A stretch of 64,000 nt of DNA from an uncultured Acidobacteriota bacterium (GTDB lineage: Bacteria > Acidobacteriota > UBA6911), in NCBI GenBank assembly GCA_963827655.1, contig CAWHCF010000023.1, positions 288,001 through 352,000 on the forward strand, in the 5' to 3' direction. Positions 10,400 through 20,383 of the stretch are shown piece by piece (the stretch's first letter is position 1; each line of letters starts with the position of its first letter). A program made the position numbers and the translations under genes. The notes under the pieces were generated by a model, which was given only the letters and a program-made list of their open reading frames with translations, was not told the origin of the DNA and made no database searches.

Positions 10400-10485
10400 G
10401 TGTCAGGGCCTTGGAATTCATTTTTGTTGACGCCGCCAGGAGGTCTGGGAGATCGTCAGAAAAATGAATTTTTAAGGCCTGACAC
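10400..10485. repeat. Long imperfect inverted repeat in divergent intergenic region
   Basis: Arms gtgtcagggccttggaattcatttttgttgacg (10400-10432) and cgtcagaaaaatgaatttttaaggcctgacac (10454-10485), 21-nt spacer. Confidence 0.8.
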
Positions 10486-10509
10486 AAATTTTGGTGATAA
10501 GGATCCGAT

Positions 10510-12069
10510 ATGCGATTAATTCTGGCAATTCTTGTGCTCGCCCTCAGCGTTGCAGCTCTGGGCCAGCCGGTCCGGCCGCGCATCGCCGTCGCCGGAATCT
10601 CTCACGAGTCAAACTCGTTCAATCCTGCCAAGACCGGTCCTGCTGAATTCAGGCGGGTCAGCTTCCCCCCGGGCGAAAAAGCCTTGAAAGAGCTCGCCCA
10701 GAGAAACGACATGCTGGCCGGATACGCCGAAGGAGCGCTGCGCCATGGACTCGATCTCTATCCGACCGTGATTGCAAGCGCCACTCCCAAGGGACCGGTA
10801 ACCGACCAGGCGTTCAACGCCCTGATGGCCGAGATACTCGAACAGCTCAAGAAGGCTCCGAAGCTCGATGGCCTCTTGCTCGAGAATCACGGAGCCATGG
10901 TAGTCGAAAGTTATCCGCAGGGCGACGCCGAGATGGTGCGACGCCTCCGCGAGGCTCTCGGCCCTGCCTTCCCCATCGTCGTCACCCACGATTTCCATGC
11001 CAACGTTTCGCCCGAGATTGTGCGGGACTCGACGGTGCTGATCACCTACAAGGAAAACCCGCACATCGACACCAAAGAGCGCGGGATCCAGGCGGCGCGA
11101 ATCATGGCTGGAATCGTCAGTGGCAAGGTCAAGCCGGTGCAGGTGGTCGCCAGGCCCGAGATGCTCTACAACATCGTTTATCAATACACCAGGCGCGAGC
11201 CGCTTCTTCCAATCGTCCAGGAGAGCAGGCGGCTTGAGCAGGACCCCAAGATCCTCGCCGTGAGCGTTTCCGCAGGCTATCAGTATGCCGACTCGCCGGC
11301 AATGGGGGCGAGCGTGACGGTTGTCACCGACAACGACCAGGCTCTGGCTCGGCGCGAGGCCGACCGCCTGGCGCAGATGTTGTGGAACACGCGCGACAAG
11401 CTGGCGCTCAACCTGCCCGATCCGGCCGAGGCGGTTCGGCAGGCGATGGGCGCGGAGAAGTTTCCGGTTGCCCTGATGGACATGGGAGACAACATCGGTG
11501 GGGGTTCCGCAGGCGACAGCACCTTCATCCTGGGCGAATTATTGCGGCAGAAGGCTCAAGGGTGGGTCGTGGCCATCGCCGACCGGGAAGCCGTCCAGGC
11601 GGCCATGCGAAGCGGGATCGGCGGAGTGTTTGAACAGGCGGTCGGCGGAAAAACCGACCGCCTTCACGGGGAGCCGGTGCGCGTCCGGGGACGAGTCAAG
11701 TCGCTGCACGACGGCAAATTCATCGAAACCGAGGTGCGCCACGGCGGCGGACGCTACCACGACCAGGGATTCACAGCCGTGATCGAAGTCGAAGGCTCGA
11801 CGCCCGATCTCGCCAACCTTCTGATGCTGACAAGTGAGCGCGGCAGCCCCAACAGCCTTCACCAGCTGATCAGTTGCGGGATCTATCCCGAGAGGCAGAG
11901 AATCCTGGTGGCGAAGGGCGCCATCGCTCCGCGCGCCGCCTACGAACCGATCGCGGCGCGAATCATCGAGGTTGATTCGCCCGGGTCAACCGCCGTTAAT
12001 CCTGCGCGCTTCACTTACACCCGCGTGCGCCGCCCCTTGTTCGGCCTCGATCCCTCCCCGAAACGGTGA
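10510..12069 (+). CDS. M81 (MlrC-like) metallopeptidase, signal peptide
   Basis: HESNSF, HGAMV, DFHAN, YKENPHID, DMGDNIGGGSAGDST. Confidence 0.9.
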   Translation: MRLILAILVLALSVAALGQPVRPRIAVAGISHESNSFNPAKTGPAEFRRVSFPPGEKALKELAQRNDMLAGYAEGALRHGLDLYPTVIASATPKGPVTDQAFNALMAEILEQLKKAPKLDGLLLENHGAMVVESYPQGDAEMVRRLREALGPAFPIVVTHDFHANVSPEIVRDSTVLITYKENPHIDTKERGIQAARIMAGIVSGKVKPVQVVARPEMLYNIVYQYTRREPLLPIVQESRRLEQDPKILAVSVSAGYQYADSPAMGASVTVVTDNDQALARREADRLAQMLWNTRDKLALNLPDPAEAVRQAMGAEKFPVALMDMGDNIGGGSAGDSTFILGELLRQKAQGWVVAIADREAVQAAMRSGIGGVFEQAVGGKTDRLHGEPVRVRGRVKSLHDGKFIETEVRHGGGRYHDQGFTAVIEVEGSTPDLANLLMLTSERGSPNSLHQLISCGIYPERQRILVAKGAIAPRAAYEPIAARIIEVDSPGSTAVNPARFTYTRVRRPLFGLDPSPKR

Positions 12070-12246
12070 GGACTCTGAAAAACCTCCAGGATCGCTAAGG
12101 GCGACGATAGTCTTCGATGCGCCGACAGAGACCAGCCCGGCCGTACGGCGCCGTCGCACAGGGTACCTAACAGATTCTGAGCCAGGACTACCAGAGACTC
12201 TGAGTTCTGATACTGCTCAATGCGCTAGCGTATTTAGAACCGCCGA

Positions 12247-13524
12247 CTAAGTTCCTGCACTCGACTGAACCATTGAACTTGACGATTCAGCGGCTGGAGC
12301 GAAAGACCCCGTCAGCCGGTTCAGAGCACCGAGGACGCGGTCATGAGCGCCCTTCACATCCACGAACGGCCCATACAGCGAAACATTGGCCGTTGTCAGC
12401 CCCACGATGATTTGCATTTCCTGCCGCGGTGAAAGCGACAATAGTTCCTGCGCCGCCGCCTGTCCGGAAGGGCTCAGGCCAACGGCATTCAGGTCGGTAC
12501 GCCGGTCTGCAAAGAAACTCGTATATTTGCGTCCGTGTTTGTAGTTGCTGAGCGTCCAGGATATCCCGTCAGGACTGCCCGTCAGCCGCAGGTCGCTGCC
12601 TCGCCAAGATCCTGTGATCGTGGCCCCAGCGGCCGAAGAGATGAGCTTGCCGCCCTCGATGGCTTGCGTCAGCTCTGAAAGGCTCTGCGCCAGTTGCGGA
12701 GGCAGCCGACGCCGGCGTTGCTGGAAGTTCTCCAGTATCGCGCGGCACGCATCCCTTACGAAGACGCCGATGTTCGAACCATTGACGAAGTTACCACTGA
12801 TCGAAAGTGTTGGATCAAGCGAGGTAACCTGGTGGAGCCAGCCACTGGGCATGAAGACCAGCTCGCCCGGGTAAAGTACAAACTCAATGGGTGACGCGTC
12901 CTTGAACCGGGGAAAGTTCTCCAGATCCGGATCCACAATGTTCACGAATGACGGAGCGCCCGGCTCGCAGTTCTTGTTGTACAAGAGCGAATACTGGTCG
13001 GGTGGAAAGATCGTCCACCTCTTTCGCCCCGCGATCTGAGCCAGCCAGGCATGTGTGCGATGCCTGTCCCTATGGACATAAGTGGTCGCTCCGGCCGGGC
13101 CCACCAAAACAACGATGTCATGATAGGGGACGCTGGGACGGAACGTCTTCTTGAAGGGCCGCTCCCAATTGTCAAACCACTCGGGCACTTCGATATCCCG
13201 GTTGAGTTCGGGATGAAGATCCAGCGCCACCCAGTCCTGTATGTAGGGTGTTGCGCCCGAGTACTTGTAGGTGTCTCCCAGGTCCATTCGGAGAATCAAG
13301 TCGATACAATGCGCCAGCGGCAACTGTGCCAGCGCCCGGAAGCGACCGTCGCTCAGCGTGACAACGTCAGAACCGTAGCGTTCCTTAAGGAAATCGAACG
13401 ACCACAGGGTCGACGCCTTCCAGGACTTCATCATGTCGGTGGCGATCATCGGTGTGCTCTTGCGGATGCACTCTTTGATGTCCTGGCTGGAAAGATTCTT
13501 GATTCGAGCAACAGTGGTAGCCAT
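12247..13524 (-). CDS. JmjC/cupin-like Fe(II)/2-oxoglutarate oxygenase with unassigned C-terminal domain
   Basis: HRD...H facial triad (TYVHRD, GWLHQV), GRKRWTIFPP, LYPGELVFMPSGW, SISGNFVN. Confidence 0.85.
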   Translation of the reverse strand: MATTVARIKNLSSQDIKECIRKSTPMIATDMMKSWKASTLWSFDFLKERYGSDVVTLSDGRFRALAQLPLAHCIDLILRMDLGDTYKYSGATPYIQDWVALDLHPELNRDIEVPEWFDNWERPFKKTFRPSVPYHDIVVLVGPAGATTYVHRDRHRTHAWLAQIAGRKRWTIFPPDQYSLLYNKNCEPGAPSFVNIVDPDLENFPRFKDASPIEFVLYPGELVFMPSGWLHQVTSLDPTLSISGNFVNGSNIGVFVRDACRAILENFQQRRRRLPPQLAQSLSELTQAIEGGKLISSAAGATITGSWRGSDLRLTGSPDGISWTLSNYKHGRKYTSFFADRRTDLNAVGLSPSGQAAAQELLSLSPRQEMQIIVGLTTANVSLYGPFVDVKGAHDRVLGALNRLTGSFAPAAESSSSMVQSSAGT

Positions 13525-13954
13525 AGATCGTTCCTCTCACCTCACGGGCGTCCCGGGCGTGTGGGTAAGTTGAGGGTGGCCTTCGAGAGAGCCGAGTTCG
13601 CCAAGAGGGAGAACCGCGCGAACACGAATCCAATCCCGGACCGATCGTCGATCGCCTGTCCGGTAAAACGTGTCGTGCATCTAAACACCAGGGCGCCTCC
13701 GGCCGGGATCAGCATCCCATAGCACACGAGCAGGCCTTACTTTCGATGCGTGGAGGATGGGCGAAAACGCCCGCGCACTAGTGTTTCTATCGCGGGTGGC
13801 ATCGCGGGAGCAAGCGAAATTCTGCAGCAGCTGGTTGCGTGGGGCGATCTCGGGACGCGAAGAGCCTGACGTCTGAATCAAGATGACGCAGCCGGGCGCC
13901 GGCATCCTTTCTCCGGCTTCACAGATCGACAACGCCGTCGCTGGTGACGGAATT

Positions 13955-15476
13955 CTACAGGGCGAGGGACGGCCGCCGGGTTTTCGCAATCCGGGTCGCC
14001 TGCTCGAACGCGTGCGCCAGCTTGAGGACGTCCAGGTCGCGATGGTGGCGGCCGACGATCTGCAGGCCAATGGGGAGTCCGCTGGGAGTGAAACCGCAAG
14101 GCACCGAGATAGCAGGCAAGCCGGTCAGCGTGATGACGTAGCACGTGGCCATCCAGTCGATATAGGTAGCTCATCTTCACGCCGTTGATGTCCTTGACCC
14201 ACTCCACGTCCACCGGGAACGGCGCCACCTGGGACACGGGCAACACGAGAAACTCGTAGCGCTCGAGGAACTGGCGGACGCGATGGTACAGCGCCGCGCG
14301 CCTTTCCTCCGCCCGCGCGACGTCGGCGCCCGACAGCTTCATTCCAAGCTCGATGTTCCAGATGACGGTGTCCTTGATCAGATCGCGATGCCGCCGGTAG
14401 TCCGCGCCCCGTTCGTGCGCGAACGACCAGGCCCGCAGAGTCTGGAACGCCTCGTCCGCATCGCGGACGTCCGGTTCTGCATCTTCCACGATGCAGCCAA
14501 GGTCCGAAAACACAGGGCGTGCCTGGTCGCACACCTCGTTGACAACCGGCTGGACTGGGTACCGTCCGAGATTTCGGCTCCACGCGATGCGCGCGCCCTT
14601 GAAATCGCGCCCGAGCAAACCACGAAATAGCGAGCCGGGCTCATCGATCGCGTTCGGCGTTCGTGGATCCGGGCCGGCTAAAACTGAGAGCAGCAGCGCC
14701 ACGTCGCGGACCGAGCGCGCAATTGGACCGTCGACCGACATCGAACTCCAGGGCTGCGACCGCGGCCAAGTCGGCACCCGGCCGATCGAAGGACGAAGTC
14801 CGACCACGCCGCAGAAGCTCGGTGGATTTCTGAGGGATCCGCCGAGATCGCTGCCGTCGGCCAGCGGCGTCATCCCGCAGGCGACTGACACGGCCGCGCC
14901 GCCGCTGCTGCCGCCGCATGTCTTGGTGGAATCGTATGGATTCCTCGTCGGTCCAAATACCGGATTGAAGGTCTGAGATCCGGCGCCGAACTCGGGCGTA
15001 TTCGTCTTGCCAATGATGATGGCGCCGGCAGCCTTGAGCCGCTCCACCAGCAACGAGTCTTCGGCAGGGATGTTGTCCTTGTAGATGGGCGAGCCGTAAG
15101 TGGTCCGAATCCCGGCCGTCGGCACCAGGTCCTTCACCGCATGCGGGAAGCCATGAAGCGGCCCGATGGCGCCTTTTTTTGCGAGTCTCTCGTCGGCGCC
15201 CCGCGCCTGGTCCAGCAGTTGGTCTTCGTCAAGCAGCGTGCAGATGGCATTGACTTTCGGATTGATCCGTTTCACCTGCGAGAGACACGCCGTCATAACC
15301 TCCACAGCCGACAGCGTCCGCGATCGGATCAGTCGAGCCAGTTCCACGGCGTCGATGAAACCGATCTCGTCCCGCGGCGGGCGACGTGTCGGCCCGCGGG
15401 TTCGTTTCAATGGACTCTGGGCGCTGGTAACCATAGTTGTCGAAACTGCGAACGAAAGAAACTCACGTCGGTTCAT
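13955..15476 (-). CDS. Amidase (amidase-signature family), Tat-like leader; one frameshift near 14165, probably a sequencing error
   Basis: GKTNTPEFG, GGSSGG, DLGGSLRNP; true C-terminus (GLPAISVPCG..GLPIGLQIVG) is in ORF 13955-14152. Confidence 0.88.
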
Positions 15477-15595
15477 CCATGAGACCCGTGGGTGTTTTTA
15501 TCGCGAAGGCGCCACCGGAACAAGCGCTTTCACGAAGTGCAGGTCAGCTCGATATGTTCGCACCCCCAAACCAAAGGCCGCGTCCAGCCAAACGT

Positions 15596-16219
15596 TCAAG
15601 GCTTGACACGAAAGAGCCCTGCGCGATTCACGTAGAGCATTCCGGCCTTGTAGGAACGCCGGTCGACCGGGGATAAGGACGCGGCCGTTCGGCGTGTGAT
15701 AACGCGAAATTTTCGCTGTCGATCGAGCCGGAGCGCAATCAGGTCCATGGGTTCGTCCCGGACCATCCAGTTCAGGCGATCAAAGGCCGCCAGATTGAGC
15801 GGCAGGGTATAGGCGCGCAGCGTCTTCTCCCTCAAGACATTATGGTACTGTTCGAAGTAAGACATCACGAGCTCGCGCAGCGTGCGGTACACGGGTTCGC
15901 GGAATCGCAGCCCGACATAATTCGATTTCGCGACGGCGCCCCAACATCCGTTCCGGCGGAAGAGAGCAAGGATGTGGTCATCGTCGCGCTCGTTCGGCAA
16001 CATGTCGAGCACCAGAGGCGGGTATCCGACGCGGCGCAGTGCCGCTGCCGCAAAAATAGCCCCGTCGAAACAATGAGCCATCCGATCACGCATTACACTT
16101 CTGGGAGAACGGTAACGTTCCTCGGGACTGTACAGCAATCGATCCAGATAATCCTGGATCTTGGAGGGCGTCTCGAGCCGCGACAGGATCCGGAGTTCTC
16201 TTCGGGTAAGTGTTTCCAT
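15596..16219 (-). CDS. Transglutaminase-like (vasohibin-like) conserved protein
   Basis: AHCFDGA, DDDHIL, WGAVAKSN, YRTLRELVMSY; start at METLTRR (16219). Confidence 0.7.
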   Translation of the reverse strand: METLTRRELRILSRLETPSKIQDYLDRLLYSPEERYRSPRSVMRDRMAHCFDGAIFAAAALRRVGYPPLVLDMLPNERDDDHILALFRRNGCWGAVAKSNYVGLRFREPVYRTLRELVMSYFEQYHNVLREKTLRAYTLPLNLAAFDRLNWMVRDEPMDLIALRLDRQRKFRVITRRTAASLSPVDRRSYKAGMLYVNRAGLFRVKP

Positions 16220-16416
16220 GAGGCGCCATTGAAACACACCGCGGCTCGTGGCCGCAACCAAACGCGGCCACCCGGCCGCGGTGCTATCAGCCGTCAGCTT
16301 CTGAACAAGAGAGGCGCTGTTCCCAAAGTTCGGAGAACAGCGACGAATCGCGCGAGTTTCAACCAACTGGGCTGATTTCCGTTTGCATTCATTCCTGCCG
16401 AACTTTAGGATCCATT

Positions 16417-17352
16417 ATGGATCGACCAATGCGTCAAAATCGAAGGACGTTTCTCACGCATGCCGGAACGGGCCTGGGCGTGGCCGCAGCGGCTTCCGTC
16501 CCCCATCCTTACTCGGCTGCCGCGCAGCGGGGCGCAGTAGCCGGCAAGGGCCTTCCGAAGAACTGGCGCACGATGCGCAAGATCGACGTCCATAATCACG
16601 TGTGGGGCGCCGTGCACCGGCCCGACGCCAGTTGGGCGCAAGTCGAAGATCTCATAGAAGCGGCTGCGAACCTCGGCATCAACCAGATCCTTTGCTCGTC
16701 TCCGATCACCGGGGGCGCCATGGCAAGTATCGAAGCCGTCCGCGAAGTGAACGATGCGGTGCTGGCCGCCATGAAACGCTACCCCGACACCATCATGGGC
16801 TACTGTTTTGTGCAACCGGGAAACGGGCAGGCCGCTTTGGACGAAATCGAACGATGCCTGGCCGCTGGCATGATTGGCGTCAAACTCTACAACCAGTTCA
16901 AATACTCGGACCCGGCGGTCTTTCCGATAGCTGAAAGATGCATTCACCACCGGATTCTCTTTCTCGGCCATTCCGCCCATCTCACGGACCCGAAGTCGCT
17001 GGCCCTGCAGCCAAAAACCTCCGATTCGCTCGATTTTTGCGTACTCTCCAGGCGCTATCCCGAACTATTGCTGATCCTCGGCCACATCAACGGCGGCGGA
17101 GATTGGGAATGGGCCGTCAAGGGGCTAAGCGACTGCCCCGGTGTCTATCTAGACATCAGCGGTAGCGGGCTCGACGACCGCACAATCGAAACCTGCGTGA
17201 AGGAGCTTGGTCATAAGCGGGTGCTGTTTGGCACCGATTCGACCATGGAGGGCTCAGTCGGCAAGGTTCTATCGGCCAGTCTCACTACGGAACAGCGCGC
17301 GGACATTTTTTGGCGCAATACCCAGAGTCTTCTGGCCCGGAGGAAGCAGTGA
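16417..17352 (+). CDS. Amidohydrolase-2 family protein, Tat signal
   Basis: NRRTFL Tat motif, IDVHNH, LGHINGGGDW, LFGTDS. Confidence 0.88.
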   Translation: MDRPMRQNRRTFLTHAGTGLGVAAAASVPHPYSAAAQRGAVAGKGLPKNWRTMRKIDVHNHVWGAVHRPDASWAQVEDLIEAAANLGINQILCSSPITGGAMASIEAVREVNDAVLAAMKRYPDTIMGYCFVQPGNGQAALDEIERCLAAGMIGVKLYNQFKYSDPAVFPIAERCIHHRILFLGHSAHLTDPKSLALQPKTSDSLDFCVLSRRYPELLLILGHINGGGDWEWAVKGLSDCPGVYLDISGSGLDDRTIETCVKELGHKRVLFGTDSTMEGSVGKVLSASLTTEQRADIFWRNTQSLLARRKQ

Positions 17353-18173
17353 TTATCGATGTCAATGCCTACCTCGGCCACTATCCATTCATGCAACTCC
17401 GTCATAATACCGCGGAGAAAATGATTGCGTTGATGGACCGCAACGGTGTCGATCTGGCGGTAGTTTCTTCGCTTCACTCCGTCTTCTATCGCGACGTCCA
17501 CCGGGGAAATGAAGAGTTAAAGGAAGAGATCAAAAACCACCGCGCCCGTTTCCTGCCCATTGCCACCGTCAATCCCAAGTATGTCGGGTGGCAGCGCGAT
17601 CTGGAAGAAGCCGTAGAAAAATGGAAGATGAAGGCTGTGACACTCGTGCCCGAGCATCATGGTTACAGCCTGATTGACGAACATGGCCGTGCCGCGCTGA
17701 AGAAAATCGCCGGTTACGGGCTGCCGCTGGTCTTGACGCAGCGGTTCGAGGACCGCCGGCAGCGCCACGAGTGGGACCGCGCCGAGGACCTGAATTTTGC
17801 CACGGTGGCGGAAGTTGCCCGGACCCATCCGGACTTGAAGGTGCTTTTTGTCAATTGGATTGGTTTGGACGGGAAGCAACTTGTCGACGCTGGATTGAAA
17901 GGGCGGTGCCTGATCGATTTTGCCCGGCTCGACGTCGTCCTGGGTAAAGCCGTGCCGAAGCTGATCGAAACCATTGGCCTGGAAGCGATCGCTTTCGGCT
18001 CGCACATGCCGTTTAACTACGTCAGCCCTTCCCTGGTGAAGCTCGCCAACCTGGAAACGTCCGGCGCCGACCACGAACAAATCGCCTGGCGAAACGCGGC
18101 GCGTTTTCTTAAAATCGAGCGCGATCCCGGGGCAAAGTCAGTGGCATTACTCACCACAACTCAGCGCAACTGA
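17349..18173 (+). CDS. Amidohydrolase-family protein (partner subunit-like, metal ligands degenerate)
   Basis: GTG start overlapping the upstream stop (GTGA); IDVNAYLG, AFGSHMPF. Confidence 0.8.
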   Translation: MIIDVNAYLGHYPFMQLRHNTAEKMIALMDRNGVDLAVVSSLHSVFYRDVHRGNEELKEEIKNHRARFLPIATVNPKYVGWQRDLEEAVEKWKMKAVTLVPEHHGYSLIDEHGRAALKKIAGYGLPLVLTQRFEDRRQRHEWDRAEDLNFATVAEVARTHPDLKVLFVNWIGLDGKQLVDAGLKGRCLIDFARLDVVLGKAVPKLIETIGLEAIAFGSHMPFNYVSPSLVKLANLETSGADHEQIAWRNAARFLKIERDPGAKSVALLTTTQRN

Positions 18174-18402
18174 GACGAACCAACATACGTGACACCCACG
18201 CCAGTCATGGGATCTCGCAGTTGGTGTTGGGGACTTCCTTCTGACAGAATTGCTCGTTATCGATTTAGAGCCTGAGGTTGGCGCAGGAAAACTTGTGTGA
18301 ATCGAAAGATGACACCCTTCAGGAATCCGCTTCGCTAATAATCGCCTGTCTTCATTTTTTCCAAGCTTAGTGATATCAACCGTCCACTCGCTAAAGCTCC
18401 GG

Positions 18403-18545
18403 TCGGGCCGATGGCCCGGCAGTGAATAGCCCCGCCCGTGTGTCGATTCTCGCGACCTTTACGACCGGGGCCTGGAGATTGGCCATTTCGTGGGCAGGAA
18501 AGCAAGCTTGAGCACTCCAAAACGCGTCCGTGGAGTGCGGTAAGT
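18403..18545. repeat. REP-like elements
   Basis: gggccgatggcccggcagtgaatagccccgcccgtg resembles agggccgaaggcggaagtgaatagcctcgccgtg at ~34786; gcactccaaaacgcgtccgtggagtgc hairpin. Confidence 0.5.
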
Positions 18546-18590
18546 TTGGCGAGCTTGCTCCGCCCAGTCCCCGCGAATTGGGCTCTCGCC

Positions 18591-20342
18591 TCAAATCGAA
18601 AGATATGCTTCTGTACGATCGACCTGCGGGCTGGCCTCTACGATGCGGAATCGATCCGGAGCTCCGGCCCGCGTGTACGTCTGCTGCGTCCACTCATACG
18701 CCGCGCGCGCCACGGCCGGCTCGACCGGCCGTTTCATGGCATCGACCGGAGCCATCAAGACCAGGGGGCGATCCGATACAGCGGCGGCCACCTGCGGCAG
18801 GTCGAAATGCTTGAGCACGTCGCGAATAAAGATGTTGGCTCCGTGGAGGTAACGGTCTGCCTGGGTGAGAGCGCGGTAGGACACGAGGCCGTTCTCGCAC
18901 ACCACGCCTCGAATGCGAGGATCCAGGGCGGCTGCGTACAGCACCCAGAGCGCGCCCATGCCCTTGCCGATGACCCGAACGCCGGCAGAGCCGGTATCCC
19001 GCCGGCTCAAGACGTAATCGACGCTGCGTAATACGTCCTGCTTCCGACAATCTCAAGGTCGATCGGCAAGCCCTCCCAGCCGTTGAGATGCAGCATAGTA
19101 TCGGAACCAAAAGCTTCCAATGCCGATCGATCACGACGCGTCCGCCGTTGGACCGCCCAGGCAATTTCGGCACAGCTTATAGGTGAATAGCAGATCTCAG
19201 ACTCCGCGTTTTCGAGGATAGATTTCGCTTGTTTTGAAAGTCGCACGCGGCGCTGAAATGGCCTTTCTTCCGGATTATAGAAAAGATCGTTTCTCCCTGT
19301 CCGCAATACCGGAGGGACCCGTTCGGCGTGCAGTACAAGTTCTCCGGGGGCTCGGCCTCGAACTCGGGTTCGCGCTCCGGTCCACGCCGGCCATAGAACC
19401 AGCGGCAATAATAGTCGGTGGTGGCAAGGAGCAGCTTCACTGTCCAGGCGTGAGGATCCGTCGCCTCTTCGGTAGCGAACTTCTCGGATGCGCCCAGCTG
19501 TTGGTAGCGCGTGCGGATGTGTTCGCGGCCAAGTTGAACTGCGGCGAGTAGTCTTCGATCAGAGCCAGGAGCGGCCGTGGCGCGATAGCCACGTGCAGGT
19601 CGCAAAGATCGATCCCGTGAATGGCCGCCGGGAAGAGATTCTGTTCCACGTCGGCTGGACCAACACGGCTTTCCGCGGAGCTTGAGCGGCCAGCGATGAC
19701 TTGTTCCTCCCTGGTTGACGACGGCGCAGCCGACGCGCTCATCCAAGGCGCTGATGAACAGGGTTCGGTGTGGCCGGTCTCGGGGTTCCAGTAGTGCCGC
19801 CGCTCACCTTGACCTATCGGATCGAACGCCAGCACCACGAAGCCGCTTTTGACCAGACCCAGGTATGCGAACTGATAGTCCGGCTGCATGCGTGCCAGGG
19901 GATAGTGCCCGCAGGGAGAAATGATCCCTGGGAAGGGTCCCTTGCCGGAAGTGGGAACATAAAGATTTCCGGTCACCCAGAAGTTGGGCCGGCTCTGAAA
20001 CATGACGTTTTCTACTCGGTAGCCGTCCCGTTCCAGGACCTTTACGATTCTGGGGTCGAGCGGATTCTTCTCGGGATACTCGTGAATCATGGCGCGCACT
20101 CTTTGCCGGACAAAGCGATTGCGCGCCTCGAGATCAGCGGTCGTTCTGATCCTGGCGCGCTCCTGATCCCACTTCTCGAACCAGGAATTCAAACCCTGGG
20201 CAAGGTGCGCCAGCAGCATATCCTGCAGGTCTTGCGCGTACGAGAGCCCGCGGTCTGCAGCCGCTGCGAGTGGAACCAGGTTCCACCCGAGACCCAGCGC
20301 GCCGGTGCGCGCCACAAATTCACGCCGGTTCAGTTTTCTCAT
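18591..20342 (-). pseudogene. Fragmented Tat-exported acetylxylan-esterase-like double alpha/beta hydrolase (internal deletions, frameshifts, foreign insert)
   Basis: LNRREF leader; VENVMFQSRPNFWVTGNLYVP, SPCGH, FDPIGQGER, IAPRPLL, IGKGMGALW spread over several ORFs; pseudogene versus misassembly unresolved. Confidence 0.7.
19041..19260 (-). pseudogene. Internal fragment of a PIN-domain (VapC-like) toxin embedded in the esterase remnant
   Basis: RLSKQAKSILENAESEICYSPISCAEIAWAV...GWEGLPIDLEIV matches the PIN pattern RLS..A...I.....S.IS..EI. Confidence 0.6.
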
Positions 20343-20383
20343 AGTCTCACCTATGCGTCCAGATACCTTGCGGCGTCCTTTTT

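Noticed and set aside
10510-12069. Microcystin degradation (mlr) cluster
   Set aside because: Only an M81-family gene is present, with no mlrA/B/D; the family is widespread
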